Assembly (NCBI RefSeq): GCF_036507355.1
Contig: NZ_AP027877.1
Direction: 5' to 3' (one strand)
DNA length: 64,000 nt
Source: Escherichia coli
Lineage (GTDB): Bacteria > Pseudomonadota > Gammaproteobacteria > Enterobacterales > Enterobacteriaceae
How positions within the stretch are numbered: position 1 is the stretch's first letter; every line of letters starts with the position of its first letter. Made by a program: the position numbers and the translations under genes. This document shows, piece by piece, positions 1 through 10,095 of the stretch. The notes beneath the pieces are model-generated. The model saw nothing but the letters and a program-made list of their open reading frames with translations, made no database searches and was not told where the DNA came from.

Positions 1-732
1 GTTGGAACGTCGCACATTAGCGCTGATTTACCTTGTCAGGATGCCTGCCAGATGCAGGTTGCCTGGCTAAATGACCAGCAGCCATTACTGGTGATGTTCC
101 TTGCTGATGGCGCAGGTAGCGTTTCGCAGGGAGGAGAAGGCGCGAAGCTCGCCGTCAATGAAGCGATGGCGTTTATGGTGCAAAAAGTACAGGACGGTGA
201 ATTGGGGCTTAATGATGTCCTCGCCACAAATATGGTACTGACCATTCGTCAACGACTTTTTGCCGAGGCAGAAGCCAAAGCATTAGCAGTTCGCGATTTT
301 GCCTGCACGTTTCTGGGATTGATTTCATCGGCTAACGGCACATTGATTATGCAAATTGGCGACGGCGGTGTAGTGGTGGATTTTGGTCACGGTCTGCAAT
401 TACCGCTTACGCCGATGGTGGGTGAATATGCCAATATGACGCATTTCATTACCGATGAAGATGCCGTTTCCAGACTGGAAACTTTCACCAGCACTGAGCG
501 TGTGCATAAAGTTGCAGCATTTACGGATGGTATCCAGCGACTGGCGTTAAATATGTTGGATAATTCTCCGCATGTGCCTTTCTTTACCCCTTTTTTCAAT
601 GGACTGGCGGCAGCAACGCAGGAACAGCTCGATTTATTACCTGAATTGTTAAAGCAGTTTTTGTCCAGCCCGGCGGTAAACGAGCGTACCGATGATGATA
701 AAACGTTGGCACTGGCGCTGTGGTTACCATGA
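1..732 (+). CDS. yegK: PP2C-family Ser/Thr protein phosphatase, 5' end truncated by window edge (frame is open back to position 1)
   Basis: Translation carries PP2C-like motifs (LADGAGS...GGEGA, IGDGG, FTDG); stop overlaps the start of the downstream kinase gene by 13 bp. Confidence 0.75.
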   Translation, partial: VGTSHISADLPCQDACQMQVAWLNDQQPLLVMFLADGAGSVSQGGEGAKLAVNEAMAFMVQKVQDGELGLNDVLATNMVLTIRQRLFAEAEAKALAVRDFACTFLGLISSANGTLIMQIGDGGVVVDFGHGLQLPLTPMVGEYANMTHFITDEDAVSRLETFTSTERVHKVAAFTDGIQRLALNMLDNSPHVPFFTPFFNGLAAATQEQLDLLPELLKQFLSSPAVNERTDDDKTLALALWLP

Positions 733-2669
733 AACCCACTTTATATACTGCTACTGGTGAGTGCGTTACGCCAGGCCGTGAACTGGGCAAAGGTGGCGAA
801 GGCGCGGTTTATGATATCAATGAGTTTGTCGATAGCGTCGCCAAGATTTATCACACGCCGCCACCCGCCTTAAAACAGGACAAACTTGCCTTTATGGCTG
901 CGACAGCTGACGCGCAGTTGTTGAATTATGTCGCCTGGCCGCAGGCAACGCTTCACGGTGGACGAGACGGAAAAGTTATCGGTTTTATGATGCCAAAAGT
1001 TTCTGGTAAAGAACCGATTCATATGATCTATAGCCCGGCACATCGTCGCCAGAGTTACCCTCATTGTGCGTGGGATTTTCTACTCTATGTTGCGCGCAAT
1101 ATTGCTTCATCTTTTGCTACGGTTCACGAGCACGGGCACGTCGTGGGGGACGTAAACCAGAACAGCTTTATGGTAGGTCGCGACAGCAAAGTGGTGTTGA
1201 TCGATAGTGACTCTTTTCAGATTAACGCCAATGGCACACTGCATTTATGCGAAGTCGGCGTGTCGCATTTTACGCCGCCAGAGCTACAAACCTTGCCATC
1301 ATTTGTCGGTTTTGAACGTACCGCGAATCACGATAATTTTGGCCTTGCGTTGCTGATTTTTCACGTCTTGTTTGGTGGGCGGCATCCTTATTCTGGTGTG
1401 CCGCTTATCTCTGATGCGGGTAATGCGCTGGAGACGGATATTGCCCATTTCCGTTATGCCTACGCGTCAGATAATCAGCGACGTGGTTTAAAACCGCCGC
1501 CACGATCTATTCCGCTGTCGATGTTACCGGGCGATGTTGAAGCCATGTTTCAGCAGGCATTCACGGAAAGTGGCGTGGCAACGGGGCGTCCGACGGCTAA
1601 AGCGTGGGTAGCGGCACTGGACTCTCTACGCCAACAGTTAAAGAAATGTACCGTTTCAGCAATGCATGTTTACCCCGCTCATTTGACTGACTGCCCGTGG
1701 TGTACGCTGGATAATCAAGGCGTTATCTATTTTATTGATCTCGGCGAAGAGGTCATTACCACCGGCGGTGATTTTGTGCTGGCGAAAGTCTGGGCGATGG
1801 TGATGGCGTCAGTAGCGCCGCCAGCATTGCAACTGCCATTACCCGATCATTTCCAACCGACTGGCAGGCCGCTTCCTTTAGGCCTGTTACGGCGCGAATA
1901 CATCATTCTGATTGAGATCGCACTGTCAGCGTTATCGCTGTTGCTTTGCGGCCTTCAGGCAGAACCGAGTTATATTATTTTGGTTCCTGTGCTGGCGGCT
2001 ATCTGGATTATTGGCAGTCTGACAAGCAAAGCGTACAAAGCAGAAGTTCAGCAACGCCGTGAGGCATTTAATCGCGCGAAAATGGACTATGACCATTTAG
2101 TCAGCCAGAGCCAACAGTTGGGCGGGCTGGAAGGTTTTATCGCCAAACGGACGATGCTCGAAAAAATGAAGGACGAAATTCTCGGGTTACCGGAAGAAGA
2201 AAAACGTGCTCTGGCAGCACTTCACGACACTGCAAGGGAACGGCAGAAGCAGAAGTTTCTGGAGGGATTTTTTATTGATGTTGCCTCTATTCCCGGCGTT
2301 GGCCCTGCGCGTAAAGCGGCGTTACGATCTTTTGGTATTGAAACAGCCGCGGATGTTACCCGTCGTGGGGTTAAGCAAGTTAAAGGGTTTGGTGATCATC
2401 TGACCCAGGCGGTTATCGACTGGAAAGCGAGCTGTGAACGCCGTTTTGTGTTCAGGCCGAACGAAGCGGTAACGCCTGCAGACAGACAAGCGGTAATGAC
2501 TAAAATGGCCGCCAAACGACATCGGCTGGAATCGACGTTGACTGTCGGCGCGACAGAGTTGCAGCGATTCCGCCTTCATGCTCCAGCACGGACCATGCCG
2601 TTGATGGAACCGTTACGTCAGGCGGCAGAAAAACTGGCTCAGGCGCAGGCTGATTTAAGCCGTTGCTGA
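720..2669 (+). CDS. yegI: Protein-kinase-like protein with central hydrophobic segments and C-terminal helix-hairpin-helix motif
   Basis: 649-aa ORF; N-terminal glycine-rich loop ELGKGGEGAVY; HhH-like IPGVGPARKAALRSFGIETAADV near C-terminus; recognised as E. coli YegI. Confidence 0.9.
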   Translation: MVTMKPTLYTATGECVTPGRELGKGGEGAVYDINEFVDSVAKIYHTPPPALKQDKLAFMAATADAQLLNYVAWPQATLHGGRDGKVIGFMMPKVSGKEPIHMIYSPAHRRQSYPHCAWDFLLYVARNIASSFATVHEHGHVVGDVNQNSFMVGRDSKVVLIDSDSFQINANGTLHLCEVGVSHFTPPELQTLPSFVGFERTANHDNFGLALLIFHVLFGGRHPYSGVPLISDAGNALETDIAHFRYAYASDNQRRGLKPPPRSIPLSMLPGDVEAMFQQAFTESGVATGRPTAKAWVAALDSLRQQLKKCTVSAMHVYPAHLTDCPWCTLDNQGVIYFIDLGEEVITTGGDFVLAKVWAMVMASVAPPALQLPLPDHFQPTGRPLPLGLLRREYIILIEIALSALSLLLCGLQAEPSYIILVPVLAAIWIIGSLTSKAYKAEVQQRREAFNRAKMDYDHLVSQSQQLGGLEGFIAKRTMLEKMKDEILGLPEEEKRALAALHDTARERQKQKFLEGFFIDVASIPGVGPARKAALRSFGIETAADVTRRGVKQVKGFGDHLTQAVIDWKASCERRFVFRPNEAVTPADRQAVMTKMAAKRHRLESTLTVGATELQRFRLHAPARTMPLMEPLRQAAEKLAQAQADLSRC

Positions 2670-2681
2670 GCCAGTTTTCAA

Positions 2682-4034
2682 TTAACGAAACACCACTTCC
2701 GCCCAGCGTGCTAGCCCGGCGGTGACGGAGCCAAAGTCATCGCCACCTGCAATCGGAATGCCCGGCAACTGTTCTGTCAGCGCTTTTTTAATCAGCGGAG
2801 AACGGGCGCTTCCGCCGGTCAGGTAGATAACGTCCGGTTTTTCCTGGGCGTTATCCAGGGCCAGTTGCACCTGTTCCAGAATCCGCGTCAGTGGCTGGCT
2901 GAGGGCGCTTTCCAGCCCTTGCTGGCTAATCAGCGTAGCCAGTTCATCGCTGATAAACGGCAGTGAGGCGCGGGTTTCCGCTACGCTTGAAAGCGCAATT
3001 TTGCTCTCTTCTGCGCTACGCACCAGGCGATAACTTAAACGCTGACGCCAGACTTTCTGTAACAGGGCCACTTTTTCCGGTTCGCGGGCATCGCGTACCA
3101 GATCGTTAAGCAGACGACCGTTGGCACTACTGTAGAAATCACTCTGCGCAGGAACGTCGTTGATGGCAACCGCATTCCACCACGGCAGAATCGGCAGGGC
3201 GATGCCTTTTTCGGTTTCGCCACCCATACCCAGTAACGGCATCAGGTTTTTAAACGCCAGCGCGATATCCAGATCGTTACCGCCAATACGGCAACCACTG
3301 TGACCCAGCAGGCTGGCTTCACGATCGAGACGCGAACGCCACTGCGGCCCCATCAGCAGCAATGAACAGTCAGTCGTACCACCGCCGATATCCACCACCA
3401 GCACCCGTTTTTCTTCCTGCAAGGAGGCTTCGTAATCCAGCCCAGCCGCGACCGGCTCGTACTGGAATACCACGTCCCTGAATCCGGCACGCTTCGCCGC
3501 GCGTTCCAGAATCCCTTGCGCCTGGGCGTTTGCTTCATCGCCGCCCAGCCCCTGGAAGTTGATCGGGCGACCAATCACCGCCTGAGTAATCGCTTCTGGC
3601 AGCTGCGCCTGCGCCTGCTGGCGAATGTGCAACATCATTGCGCAGACCAGATCCTCAAACAGCGCTACCTGCTGCGGTTTTAAGCCGCTGGCACCGAGGA
3701 ACGATTTTGGTGATTTCACAAACCACACTTCTTCTGGATCATCAATGTACTGTGCCAGTGAGGAAAGACCGAACTGCACGCTTTTCGCCGTAACATCGAT
3801 ATCTTCTTCGCGGTTATAACGAATCGCCCGACGCAACAGCGCCTGCGTTTCATCGTCGTCTGCCGGAACATCATGATGGCGGTACAGCCATTCGCTTACC
3901 GCTTCACGCGTTGGCGCGCAAAGCATTGAAGGCAGCAGCGTGCTGTCGTTTTCCATTTTTAGCAAGTGTGGTTTACCGTCACGCATGACCGCCACTGAAC
4001 AGTTTGCTGTACCGTAATCAAAACCAATAAACAC
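2682..4034 (-). CDS. yegD: Hsp70/actin-like ATPase family protein
   Basis: FIGFDYGTANCSVAV phosphate-1 motif and DIGGGTTD motif; start placed at in-frame GTG (4032-4034) preceded by GGGGA RBS to give about 450 aa; the ATG at 4097 gives a 471-aa alternative. Confidence 0.85.
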   Translation of the reverse strand: MFIGFDYGTANCSVAVMRDGKPHLLKMENDSTLLPSMLCAPTREAVSEWLYRHHDVPADDDETQALLRRAIRYNREEDIDVTAKSVQFGLSSLAQYIDDPEEVWFVKSPKSFLGASGLKPQQVALFEDLVCAMMLHIRQQAQAQLPEAITQAVIGRPINFQGLGGDEANAQAQGILERAAKRAGFRDVVFQYEPVAAGLDYEASLQEEKRVLVVDIGGGTTDCSLLLMGPQWRSRLDREASLLGHSGCRIGGNDLDIALAFKNLMPLLGMGGETEKGIALPILPWWNAVAINDVPAQSDFYSSANGRLLNDLVRDAREPEKVALLQKVWRQRLSYRLVRSAEESKIALSSVAETRASLPFISDELATLISQQGLESALSQPLTRILEQVQLALDNAQEKPDVIYLTGGSARSPLIKKALTEQLPGIPIAGGDDFGSVTAGLARWAEVVFR

Positions 4035-4167
4035 GAAATAATCCCCATGCCGGTGAAGAAGGGGCGTGACTTTAGCGAAATGTTGCCGTCGCGACAACCG
4101 GAATATGAAAGCAAAGCGCAGCGTCTGAATAACGTTTATGCTGAAAGCGGATGAATAAGGAGATGCG

Positions 4168-5016
4168 ATGTATACCCTGAACTGGCAGCCGCCGTATGAC
4201 TGGTCGTGGATGTTGGGATTTCTCGCCGCCCGTGCAGTGAGTGGTGTGGAAACGGTCGCTGACGATTATTATGCCCGTAGTCTGGCGGTGGGCGAATATC
4301 GCGGCGTGGTGACTGCTATTCCGGATATAGCCCGCCATACTCTGCACATAAATTTAAGTGCAGATTTAGAACCCGTTGCCGCTGAGTGTCTGGCGAAAAT
4401 GAGCCGCCTGCTTGATCTGCAATGTAACCCGCAGATTGTTAACGGTGCGTTGGGCAAGTTAGGCGCGGCGCGGCCCGGATTGCGTTTACCCGGCAGTGTT
4501 GATGCTTTTGAGCAGGGCGTGCGGGCGATTTTAGGCCAACTGGTGAGCGTGGCGATGGCGGCAAAATTGACTGCCAAAGTGGTACAGCTTTATGGCGAAC
4601 GGCTGGATGATTTTCCGGAGTATATCTGCTTCCCCACGCCTCAGCGGCTGGCAGCAGCAGACCCGCAGGCATTAAAAGCGTTAGGTATGCCGTTGAAACG
4701 GGCAGAGGCGCTGATTCATCTGGCAAATGCGGCGCTGGAGGGCACCTTACCAATGACAATACCGGGCGATGTGGAGCAGGCGATGAAAACGCTGCAAACT
4801 TTTCCGGGTATCGGGCGCTGGACGGCGAATTATTTTGCTTTGCGTGGCTGGCAGGCGAAAGATGTTTTCCTGCCGGATGATTATCTGATTAAACAGCGAT
4901 TTCCGGGAATGACACCGGCGCAAATCCGCCGTTATGCCGAGCGCTGGAAGCCCTGGCGTTCTTATGCGCTGTTGCATATCTGGTATACGGAAGGCTGGCA
5001 ACCAGACGAAGCATGA
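4168..5016 (+). CDS. alkA: 3-methyladenine DNA glycosylase II
   Basis: 282-aa ORF, N-terminus MYTLNWQPPYDWSWMLGFLAARAVSGVE recognised as AlkA. Confidence 0.9.
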   Translation: MYTLNWQPPYDWSWMLGFLAARAVSGVETVADDYYARSLAVGEYRGVVTAIPDIARHTLHINLSADLEPVAAECLAKMSRLLDLQCNPQIVNGALGKLGAARPGLRLPGSVDAFEQGVRAILGQLVSVAMAAKLTAKVVQLYGERLDDFPEYICFPTPQRLAAADPQALKALGMPLKRAEALIHLANAALEGTLPMTIPGDVEQAMKTLQTFPGIGRWTANYFALRGWQAKDVFLPDDYLIKQRFPGMTPAQIRRYAERWKPWRSYALLHIWYTEGWQPDEA

Positions 5017-5023
5017 CGTTGGT

Positions 5024-5109
5024 CGCCGGATGCGGTGCGAGCGCCTTATCCGGCCTGGGGAATGAGCGATTTGTAGGCATGATAAGACGCGTTAGCGTCG
5101 CATCAGACG
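5024..5109. repeat. REP/BIME element (two REP units) between convergent alkA and dgcE
   Basis: gccggatgcggtgcgagcgccttatccggcc and gtaggcatgataagacgcgttagcgtcgcatcagacg match the E. coli REP consensus. Confidence 0.8.
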
Positions 5110-5124
5110 ATGGGGAAGCACGCC

Positions 5125-8100
5125 TCAGTTAATCGCGAAATAACTACTATTCACCAGCAAATCCAGCGGTTGGGCATCGGCAATCACCTCACCATAAATC
5201 AGATCGACGCCGATGCCAGAAAGCGTATCCATCACTAAGGGTAAAACGACTGGCCCGGCGATGGTTTTCATCCCGAGTCGCTGAGCGTGCCCCTGAATAA
5301 TCGTAATCAGCATCTCATCCATCAAATTACCCTGCACGTTGGCGCATAACTCATCATCGAGTAGCAGGTAATCTGCCATATTCGCTTTCAGCGAGTTGAA
5401 GATTTGTAGATCGCGGCCCACCTGACTGAATATGATCCGACATCCCCCCAGCCGCAGTTTTTGCACGCTTTCTGCGTGATCTAAAATCGCTTCAGCCGGA
5501 ATAATCAGATGTAATAACCGTGGTGGTAGAGGGCTATTTTCCAGCTGCTCAAGCAGGTCATTCACCAGCATGGCGCTACTCAAACCGGCAACGGAAAGGG
5601 GGAGGGCGATGCTTATGCCTTTACTGGCAACCGCTTTTGCGGCCTGCTGGAAAAATTCGTGGAATACCCGGCGGTCAAGAGCATGGCTAAGCGCCGGATC
5701 GCTGAAGCTACGACGAAATGTTTGTTCATCAATAATCTCGCCTTCGCAACTCCAGAGCTTAAGTGAAATCAGCCACAAATTACGCGCTTCCGGGATCCGT
5801 GGCGAAGCGACACCGTGGGCGAGCATCATCAACTGATTCTCTTTAATCATCCGCCACTGTTCATCAAGCGACATCGCCGCCCGTTCGCTATGTGCGGCAG
5901 CTTGCTGCGGTTCGTAAACCGTCACCCGGCCCCGGCCACCATTTTTGGAGGCATAACAGGCGATATCAGCCTGCGACATCACTTCTGCCGCCTGATGATT
6001 GTTGTCATCGATCAAGGTAATCCCGGCGCTGGCACCTACCCGATGTACCCGGCCTTCCCATATAAAGTGATAGTCATTCACAGCACTGATAATACGTGTA
6101 GCGATAAAACGAGCGCTTTCAACATTGCAGTCTGGCAGCAGCAGACCAAATTCATCACCGCCGAGCCGCGCCAGCACGTCACTGGAGCGCAGCATACTCA
6201 GCATCAACGACGCCAGTTCGTGCAGCAAAGCGTCGCCCGCCGCATGCCCGGCGCTGTCATTCACCGCTTTAAAGCGATCAAGATCGATAAACACCAGTGC
6301 ATGTCGCTGATGCGTACTGTTTACCGTTTGCAGCAGGATACGCAGTTGTTTCTCAAAACTGGCGCGGTTGGCGAGATGCGTCAGTGCATCATGGGAGGCG
6401 CTGTAGCTCAGCTGGCGCAGCATTTTGCGTGATTCGGTGACGTCCTGAATCACCAGAACCGAGCCTATATTGCTGCCGTCCAGAGTACTTAACGGCGTAA
6501 TACTGTAATGCACGTCGTAGCTGCCGCCGCTCCGGCAGTGCAATACCACATCTTGTTCAATCGCGGAACGTGAGGTGTCGGCACTGTAAATGTTCTCCAT
6601 TAATGGTCCGTTGTCGCCAAAAGTAATATGCAACACCGTCAGGAGCGGAACACCTAATGCTTCTTCCTGCGTCCAGCCGCTCATCTTCTCCGCCACTGGA
6701 TTCATAAAGGTAATTTTCATCGCCATATCAATACAGACCACGGCTTCACCGATGGAATCAAGCGTAATGTGCAGGCGCTCTTTTTCCTGAAACAATGCCT
6801 CGTTAAGCTGTTTAACCTCGGTCATATCCATATTAATGCCGAGCAGACGTTCGACTTCGCCTTCTTTATTCAGTACCCGGTTGGCGAGGGCGCGGATATG
6901 GCGGATGCCATCTTTCACAGCAATGCGAAATTCCAGCTTAAAGGGCGAGCGTGATTGCAACGAATCACGAATCACTTTTTCGGCGTGTTGGCGATCTTCC
7001 GGCAATACACACTCGTACCACACCTGCCAGTTCGGTTTGATATGCGGAGGAATTTCATATAGCTCGAACATCCGCTTATCCCAGCTAAAAATATTCGGCT
7101 TCAGCTCCCACTCCCAGATGCCAATCCCGCCCGCTTCGTTAGCCAGCGTGATGCGCTCCATCAGTTGCTGATTGACCTGTTCGGTGCGTTTTAGCTCGTT
7201 AATGTCTTCAATCTGAGCGATAAAATAGAGCGGCGTGCCATCCGTGTGGCGCACCAGAGAGACGGCAAGCAACGCCCAGACAACATCGCCATTGCGGTTG
7301 TAGTAACGTTTTTCCATTGAATAAGTGTTTATTTCACCGCTTATCAGCTTTTCAACCTGTTGGAGATCTTTATTGAGATCCTCCGGCCAGGTCAGTTGCT
7401 GAAAGGTGAGTCCGCGCAGCTCTTCCTGACTGTAACCGAGAAACTGGCAGAGTGCTTTGTTGGATTGCAGCCATTGTCCCTCGGTGCCCACTAACGCCAT
7501 GCCGATAGCGGAATATTCCATCGCGTTTCGAAAGCGGGTTTCGCTTTCGGAAATGTGTTTGCGTTCCGCACGAAAGGCATACATCACCATGGTCATGATG
7601 TTGGCGGGCAGCAGGATCAGCAAAAACGGTAGCCACGGCATATGGCTCATCAGGTATGTACGCGGCGTAGCAAGCAGGGAGGGATCCGCGGCCATCATCA
7701 GCGACACCATCATCACCGTGGTAAGGAAGATCAAAAAGGCTTCCATTCGTGGCAGGCGCACGGCGCTCCACATCAACAGCACAATAATGAAAGTAAAAGG
7801 CCACGGCAGATACAGCATCGAAAGCCAGCTTAACGTCAGTGTGATGGCTAACGTGAGCAGCGACTCAAAAAGCAACCGTGGGTTGCGATGGCGCAGCAGA
7901 TAGTGTGGTTTAAATAACAATCCCAGCGGCACCAGTGCCAGAGCGCCGATGGATTCTGACAGTACCCATATCAAAAATGCCCTGAGAGGATCGTCTCCGG
8001 GCGTCAGCAGGACAACCAGAACACCCCCCAACAGAGGTGGAACAATGGCGCTGCCGAGTGCCAGACGCAGCCAGTCAGCCAGATTTTGCAAGGGGTTATA

Positions 8101-8442
8101 CCACGGCAGCAATTTACGTAGCAGCACTGCCCCGACCACGGCTTCAACAATATTGATGGTCGTCCAGGTCATGTTCAGCGAGCTGGTGGAAAAAAGCAGG
8201 ATGGATGCGGCGATATTTCCCAGCGAACAACTCAGCGCAATTCCCGGCCACATGCGCCCGGCATGGCGATAAAACGCCACCATCATGATGGACGTCGGGA
8301 ACCACAGTGGGGCGAGTTGGGTGCCAAACTGCGAAAGCTCAAGCGAGAAAAGGGTAAAGATAAACGAGACTAAACCTAAACTGACCAGGTGAAGCAGCGG
8401 GTGGGGCAGGGCAATTAATACATGCTGTGATTGTTTGCTCAT
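5125..8442 (-). CDS. dgcE: Membrane-anchored diguanylate cyclase (MASE1-PAS-GGDEF-degenerate EAL)
   Basis: 1105-aa ORF; hydrophobic N-terminal third; RLGGDEFGLLL GGDEF motif; C-terminal EAL-like domain lacking a canonical EAL motif. Confidence 0.9.
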   Translation of the reverse strand: MSKQSQHVLIALPHPLLHLVSLGLVSFIFTLFSLELSQFGTQLAPLWFPTSIMMVAFYRHAGRMWPGIALSCSLGNIAASILLFSTSSLNMTWTTINIVEAVVGAVLLRKLLPWYNPLQNLADWLRLALGSAIVPPLLGGVLVVLLTPGDDPLRAFLIWVLSESIGALALVPLGLLFKPHYLLRHRNPRLLFESLLTLAITLTLSWLSMLYLPWPFTFIIVLLMWSAVRLPRMEAFLIFLTTVMMVSLMMAADPSLLATPRTYLMSHMPWLPFLLILLPANIMTMVMYAFRAERKHISESETRFRNAMEYSAIGMALVGTEGQWLQSNKALCQFLGYSQEELRGLTFQQLTWPEDLNKDLQQVEKLISGEINTYSMEKRYYNRNGDVVWALLAVSLVRHTDGTPLYFIAQIEDINELKRTEQVNQQLMERITLANEAGGIGIWEWELKPNIFSWDKRMFELYEIPPHIKPNWQVWYECVLPEDRQHAEKVIRDSLQSRSPFKLEFRIAVKDGIRHIRALANRVLNKEGEVERLLGINMDMTEVKQLNEALFQEKERLHITLDSIGEAVVCIDMAMKITFMNPVAEKMSGWTQEEALGVPLLTVLHITFGDNGPLMENIYSADTSRSAIEQDVVLHCRSGGSYDVHYSITPLSTLDGSNIGSVLVIQDVTESRKMLRQLSYSASHDALTHLANRASFEKQLRILLQTVNSTHQRHALVFIDLDRFKAVNDSAGHAAGDALLHELASLMLSMLRSSDVLARLGGDEFGLLLPDCNVESARFIATRIISAVNDYHFIWEGRVHRVGASAGITLIDDNNHQAAEVMSQADIACYASKNGGRGRVTVYEPQQAAAHSERAAMSLDEQWRMIKENQLMMLAHGVASPRIPEARNLWLISLKLWSCEGEIIDEQTFRRSFSDPALSHALDRRVFHEFFQQAAKAVASKGISIALPLSVAGLSSAMLVNDLLEQLENSPLPPRLLHLIIPAEAILDHAESVQKLRLGGCRIIFSQVGRDLQIFNSLKANMADYLLLDDELCANVQGNLMDEMLITIIQGHAQRLGMKTIAGPVVLPLVMDTLSGIGVDLIYGEVIADAQPLDLLVNSSYFAIN

Positions 8443-8759
8443 TACCGCTTTATCCGCAAGGCCAGGTCGCCAGTATTCGTTTCTGTGTTTATGCTAGTAC
8501 AAAAGTTTTACATTTTATATGCGAATTGCTCATAAAGTGACGTAAAGGCGGATAATTTGCGCAACTGCGTATAACATTTTTTACCTTGTATAAAACTGAT
8601 CAACGTAATTTGCCACCGGGAATTCTTCGTCAACAATTAACTCTGAGCGCGCGGCAACGCTATTCGACTGGTATCAGGCGGATGAAATCCCTATAATTGC
8701 CGCGTTTGGCGCTTCGTCGCCCCCTTCCTAACATCCAGGTTAATCAGGTCGCTAAATAT

Positions 8760-9401
8760 ATGACTGATCAGTCTCATCAGTGCGTCATTATCGGTATCGC
8801 TGGCGCATCGGCTTCCGGCAAGAGTCTTATTGCCAGTACCCTTTATCGTGAATTACGTGAGCAAGTCGGTGATGAACACATCGGCGTAATTCCCGAAGAC
8901 TGCTATTACAAAGATCAAAGCCATCTGTCGATGGAAGAACGCGTTAAGACCAACTACGACCATCCCAGTGCGATGGATCACAGCCTGCTGCTTGAGCATT
9001 TACAAGCGTTGAAACGCGGCTCGGCAATTGACCTGCCGGTTTACAGCTATGTTGAACATACGCGTATGAAAGAAACGGTGACGGTTGAGCCGAAGAAGGT
9101 CATCATTCTCGAAGGCATTTTGTTGCTGACGGATGCACGTTTGCGTGACGAACTTAACTTCTCCATTTTCGTTGATACCCCGCTGGATATCTGCCTGATG
9201 CGCCGCATCAAGCGTGACGTTAACGAGCGTGGGCGTTCAATGGATTCCGTGATGGCGCAATATCAAAAAACCGTGCGCCCGATGTTCCTGCAATTCATTG
9301 AGCCTTCTAAACAATATGCGGACATTATCGTGCCGCGCGGCGGGAAAAACCGCATCGCGATCGATATATTGAAAGCGAAAATAAGTCAGTTCTTTGAATA
9401 A
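8760..9401 (+). CDS. udk: Uridine/cytidine kinase
   Basis: P-loop [11 protein letters not shown]; start chosen at MTDQSHQ (213 aa) rather than the longer ORF start at 8697. Confidence 0.9.
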
Positions 9402-9492
9402 GCTTGATAAATTGTGTACCGTTCAGTGATAACCTGGTATGCCCTTGACGTAATTGGCGTTAAGGGAGTGATGCGCGAAAGGAGAAAATGCC

Positions 9493-10074
9493 ATGCGTCT
9501 GTGTGACCGAGATATTGAAGCTTGGCTTGATGAAGGCCGTTTGTCGATCAACCCACGTCCGCCAGTGGAGCGTATTAACGGCGCGACGGTGGATGTACGC
9601 CTGGGCAATAAATTTCGTACCTTCCGTGGTCACACGGCAGCGTTTATCGATCTGAGCGGTCCCAAAGATGAAGTGAGCGCCGCGCTTGACCGCGTGATGA
9701 GCGATGAGATCGTTCTCGACGAGGGCGAGGCGTTCTATCTTCACCCAGGAGAGCTGGCGCTGGCGGTGACGCTGGAGTCGGTGACGCTGCCAGCCGATCT
9801 GGTGGGCTGGCTGGACGGGCGTTCCTCTTTGGCGCGTCTGGGGCTGATGGTGCACGTCACCGCGCACCGCATCGATCCGGGCTGGTCTGGCTGCATTGTG
9901 CTGGAGTTCTACAACTCCGGTAAGCTGCCGCTGGCGCTGCGTCCGGGCATGTTAATTGGTGCGCTGAGCTTTGAGCCGCTTTCCGGCCCGGCGGCGCGAC
10001 CTTACAACCGCCGTGAAGATGCGAAATATCGCAACCAGCAGGGCGCGGTAGCCAGCCGAATCGATAAAGACTAA
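9493..10074 (+). CDS. dcd: dCTP deaminase
   Basis: 193-aa [22 protein letters not shown] recognised as Dcd. Confidence 0.95.
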
Positions 10075-10095
10075 TTCAGGCCCATTGAGGATACC

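Noticed and set aside
2682-4097. Longer 471-aa version of yegD starting at the ATG at 4097
   Set aside because: The in-frame GTG at 4032-4034 with a GGGGA RBS gives the FIGFDYG N-terminus typical of this ATPase family; the 21-residue extension has no conserved counterpart. The longer start is not excluded.
5815-6432. 205-aa ORF on the plus strand inside dgcE
   Set aside because: Lies entirely antisense to a well-supported, conserved 1105-aa gene; no RBS or recognisable domain; typical shadow ORF in GC-rich coding DNA.
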